DNA of 64,000 nt from Spirogloea muscicola (Eukaryota), in contig WELB01000008.1 of NCBI GenBank assembly GCA_009602725.1, positions 181,048 to 245,047 on the forward strand. The letters run 5' to 3'. Shown here in pieces: positions 62,780 through 64,000 of this stretch. Position 1 is the stretch's first letter, and each line of letters opens with the position of its first letter. Under the pieces are notes generated by a model. That model did not search any database and was not told where the DNA came from. It saw only the letters and a program-made list of their open reading frames with translations. The position numbers and the translations under genes are program-made.

Positions 62780-62975
62780 GTCGCCGATGCACGGAGACGC
62801 CATGGGGAGTTGCGAAGTCCCGCGGGCAGGTGGGGCACGGCGCGCGCGGGAGCTTCGCAGGCAAGGGTGGCGGCGGCGGAATAAGGGGGGGCTGCGGTGG
62901 AGGTGGCGTGGTGGCGGCATGGAAGGCGGCGAGGGCGAGAAATCGCTGCGCCCACGCGAACTTGGCGGAGGGAAG
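62780..62975 (-). mobile_element. Probable N-terminal retroelement fragment with a C2H2-like zinc finger
   Basis: Open frame with a Pro-rich stretch, then CPTCPRDFATPHGVSVHRRH. N-terminal C2H2 fingers are typical of RLE-type non-LTR ORFs. Confidence 0.45.
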
Positions 62976-62977
62976 TT

Positions 62978-64000
62978 CGGGACTCCGGATTGGAGGTCCT
63001 ACAGTCCCAAGCGGGCACGCGGCTAGGGGACCCCCTCGCCGGCTTCTACTTTGCGCTCGCTCACCACCGGACTCTGCAGGCTACCACGGCGGCACACCCA
63101 GGAGTCCTACTCCCCACCTTCGTGGACGACACCACCATAGTCGGCCCTCCAGACGACGTGGCGGCGGCCTTCGTCACCTTCGAGCTGCAACTGGCCACCC
63201 TCGGCCTGTCCATCCGGGCGTCGAAGTGCTCGGCTTGGTCTCCCTGCGGCCTCCCACCCACCCTGACGCTGCCCACCGGTTGCCAGACTCCAGCAGATGG
63301 CTTCACCCTGCTGGGGGTCCCCATCGGCGCGCCGTCCTTCGAGGAGGGGCAGCTGCGAGCCCGCCTTGCGGAGCATCTTCAGCCTGCGGCCCGGCTTCCC
63401 GAGCTGGACGTTATGCAGCTGTCGTTGGCCATGTTGACCAAGGCCATTGGGCAGCGGCCCCAGTGCTTGACGCGGGCCACTCCGCCGTCCCCAGGGGCGT
63501 TGGAGGCGTACGCGGATTTTGACGCAGGCATGGTGGCGAGCTTGGCGGCCCTGGTCGGCCACCAGGGCTTCCTCCAGTCGCCAGCCGCTATCCACCAGGC
63601 GGCGCTACCCCTCAGCCACGGTGGTGTCGGCCTGCGCCCGCTCGCCCGTTCTTGCCGGGCTGCATACCTCGGCAGCTGGGCGCAGACGGCCGCCTCCGTG
63701 GCCCAGTGCTTCATGGTCCACGGCCGGCGTGCACTGGAGCAGGCGGTGGTGGAGGTCGACATGGGCGCGTTGCCGTTCCAGGTGTCGCTTCGCTCCGCCC
63801 ACCAGGAGCTGCTCGTGGCGCACCCAGACCTGGCAAGCCAGGCGGTCTCCTTTACGCACTTCGCGCACACCGCTGACCTGCGCGTCCAAGCGCGCTTCGT
63901 GGCCGTGGTCGACAAGGCCGCCTACACCACCGCCGTGCTGAAGCTCCCCAAGGCCGACTTGAGCGGGGGCGCGAGACTTCAATCGGCCTCCTCCTGGGGG
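62978..64000 (+). mobile_element. 5'-truncated CRE-like non-LTR reverse transcriptase (runs off the window)
   Basis: Uninterrupted frame (absent from the ORF track): SQAGTRLGDPLAGFYF...PTFVDDTTIVG...LGLSIRASKC...LLGVPIG...LPLSHGGVGL...AAYLGSW. Confidence 0.9.

Overview
Eukaryotic, GC-rich, gene-dense and intron-rich DNA. Gene content and plant-specific families suggest a streptophyte green alga or early-diverging plant; this is an inference and the species cannot be read from the sequence. It is a draft scaffold with two long N gaps (43787-44310, 61187-61907), two single-N joins (18710, 31155) and a suspicious 109-nt A run. About 14 spliced genes are supported: SRP68, a fibrillin, a signal-peptide/KEEL protein, RPA3, a 59-aa microprotein followed by an EMB2735-like gene (candidate bicistron), HEI10 (with a probable U12 intron), a MoCo-sulfurase-like gene, a truncated aspartyl aminopeptidase, SNRNP40, a clade-VIII bHLH, an animal-style Trithorax/MLL H3K4 methyltransferase, a divergent RME-8-like gene and two partial unknowns. 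CRE-like non-LTR retrotransposon fragments end the window. The main unexplained structure is a dispersed mosaic repeat family built around a GGGCTGG-N5-CCAGCCC palindrome. It sits mostly in 5' flanks of genes, and one CRE fragment begins inside one of these palindromes. Exon boundaries were read by eye and are approximate unless stated.
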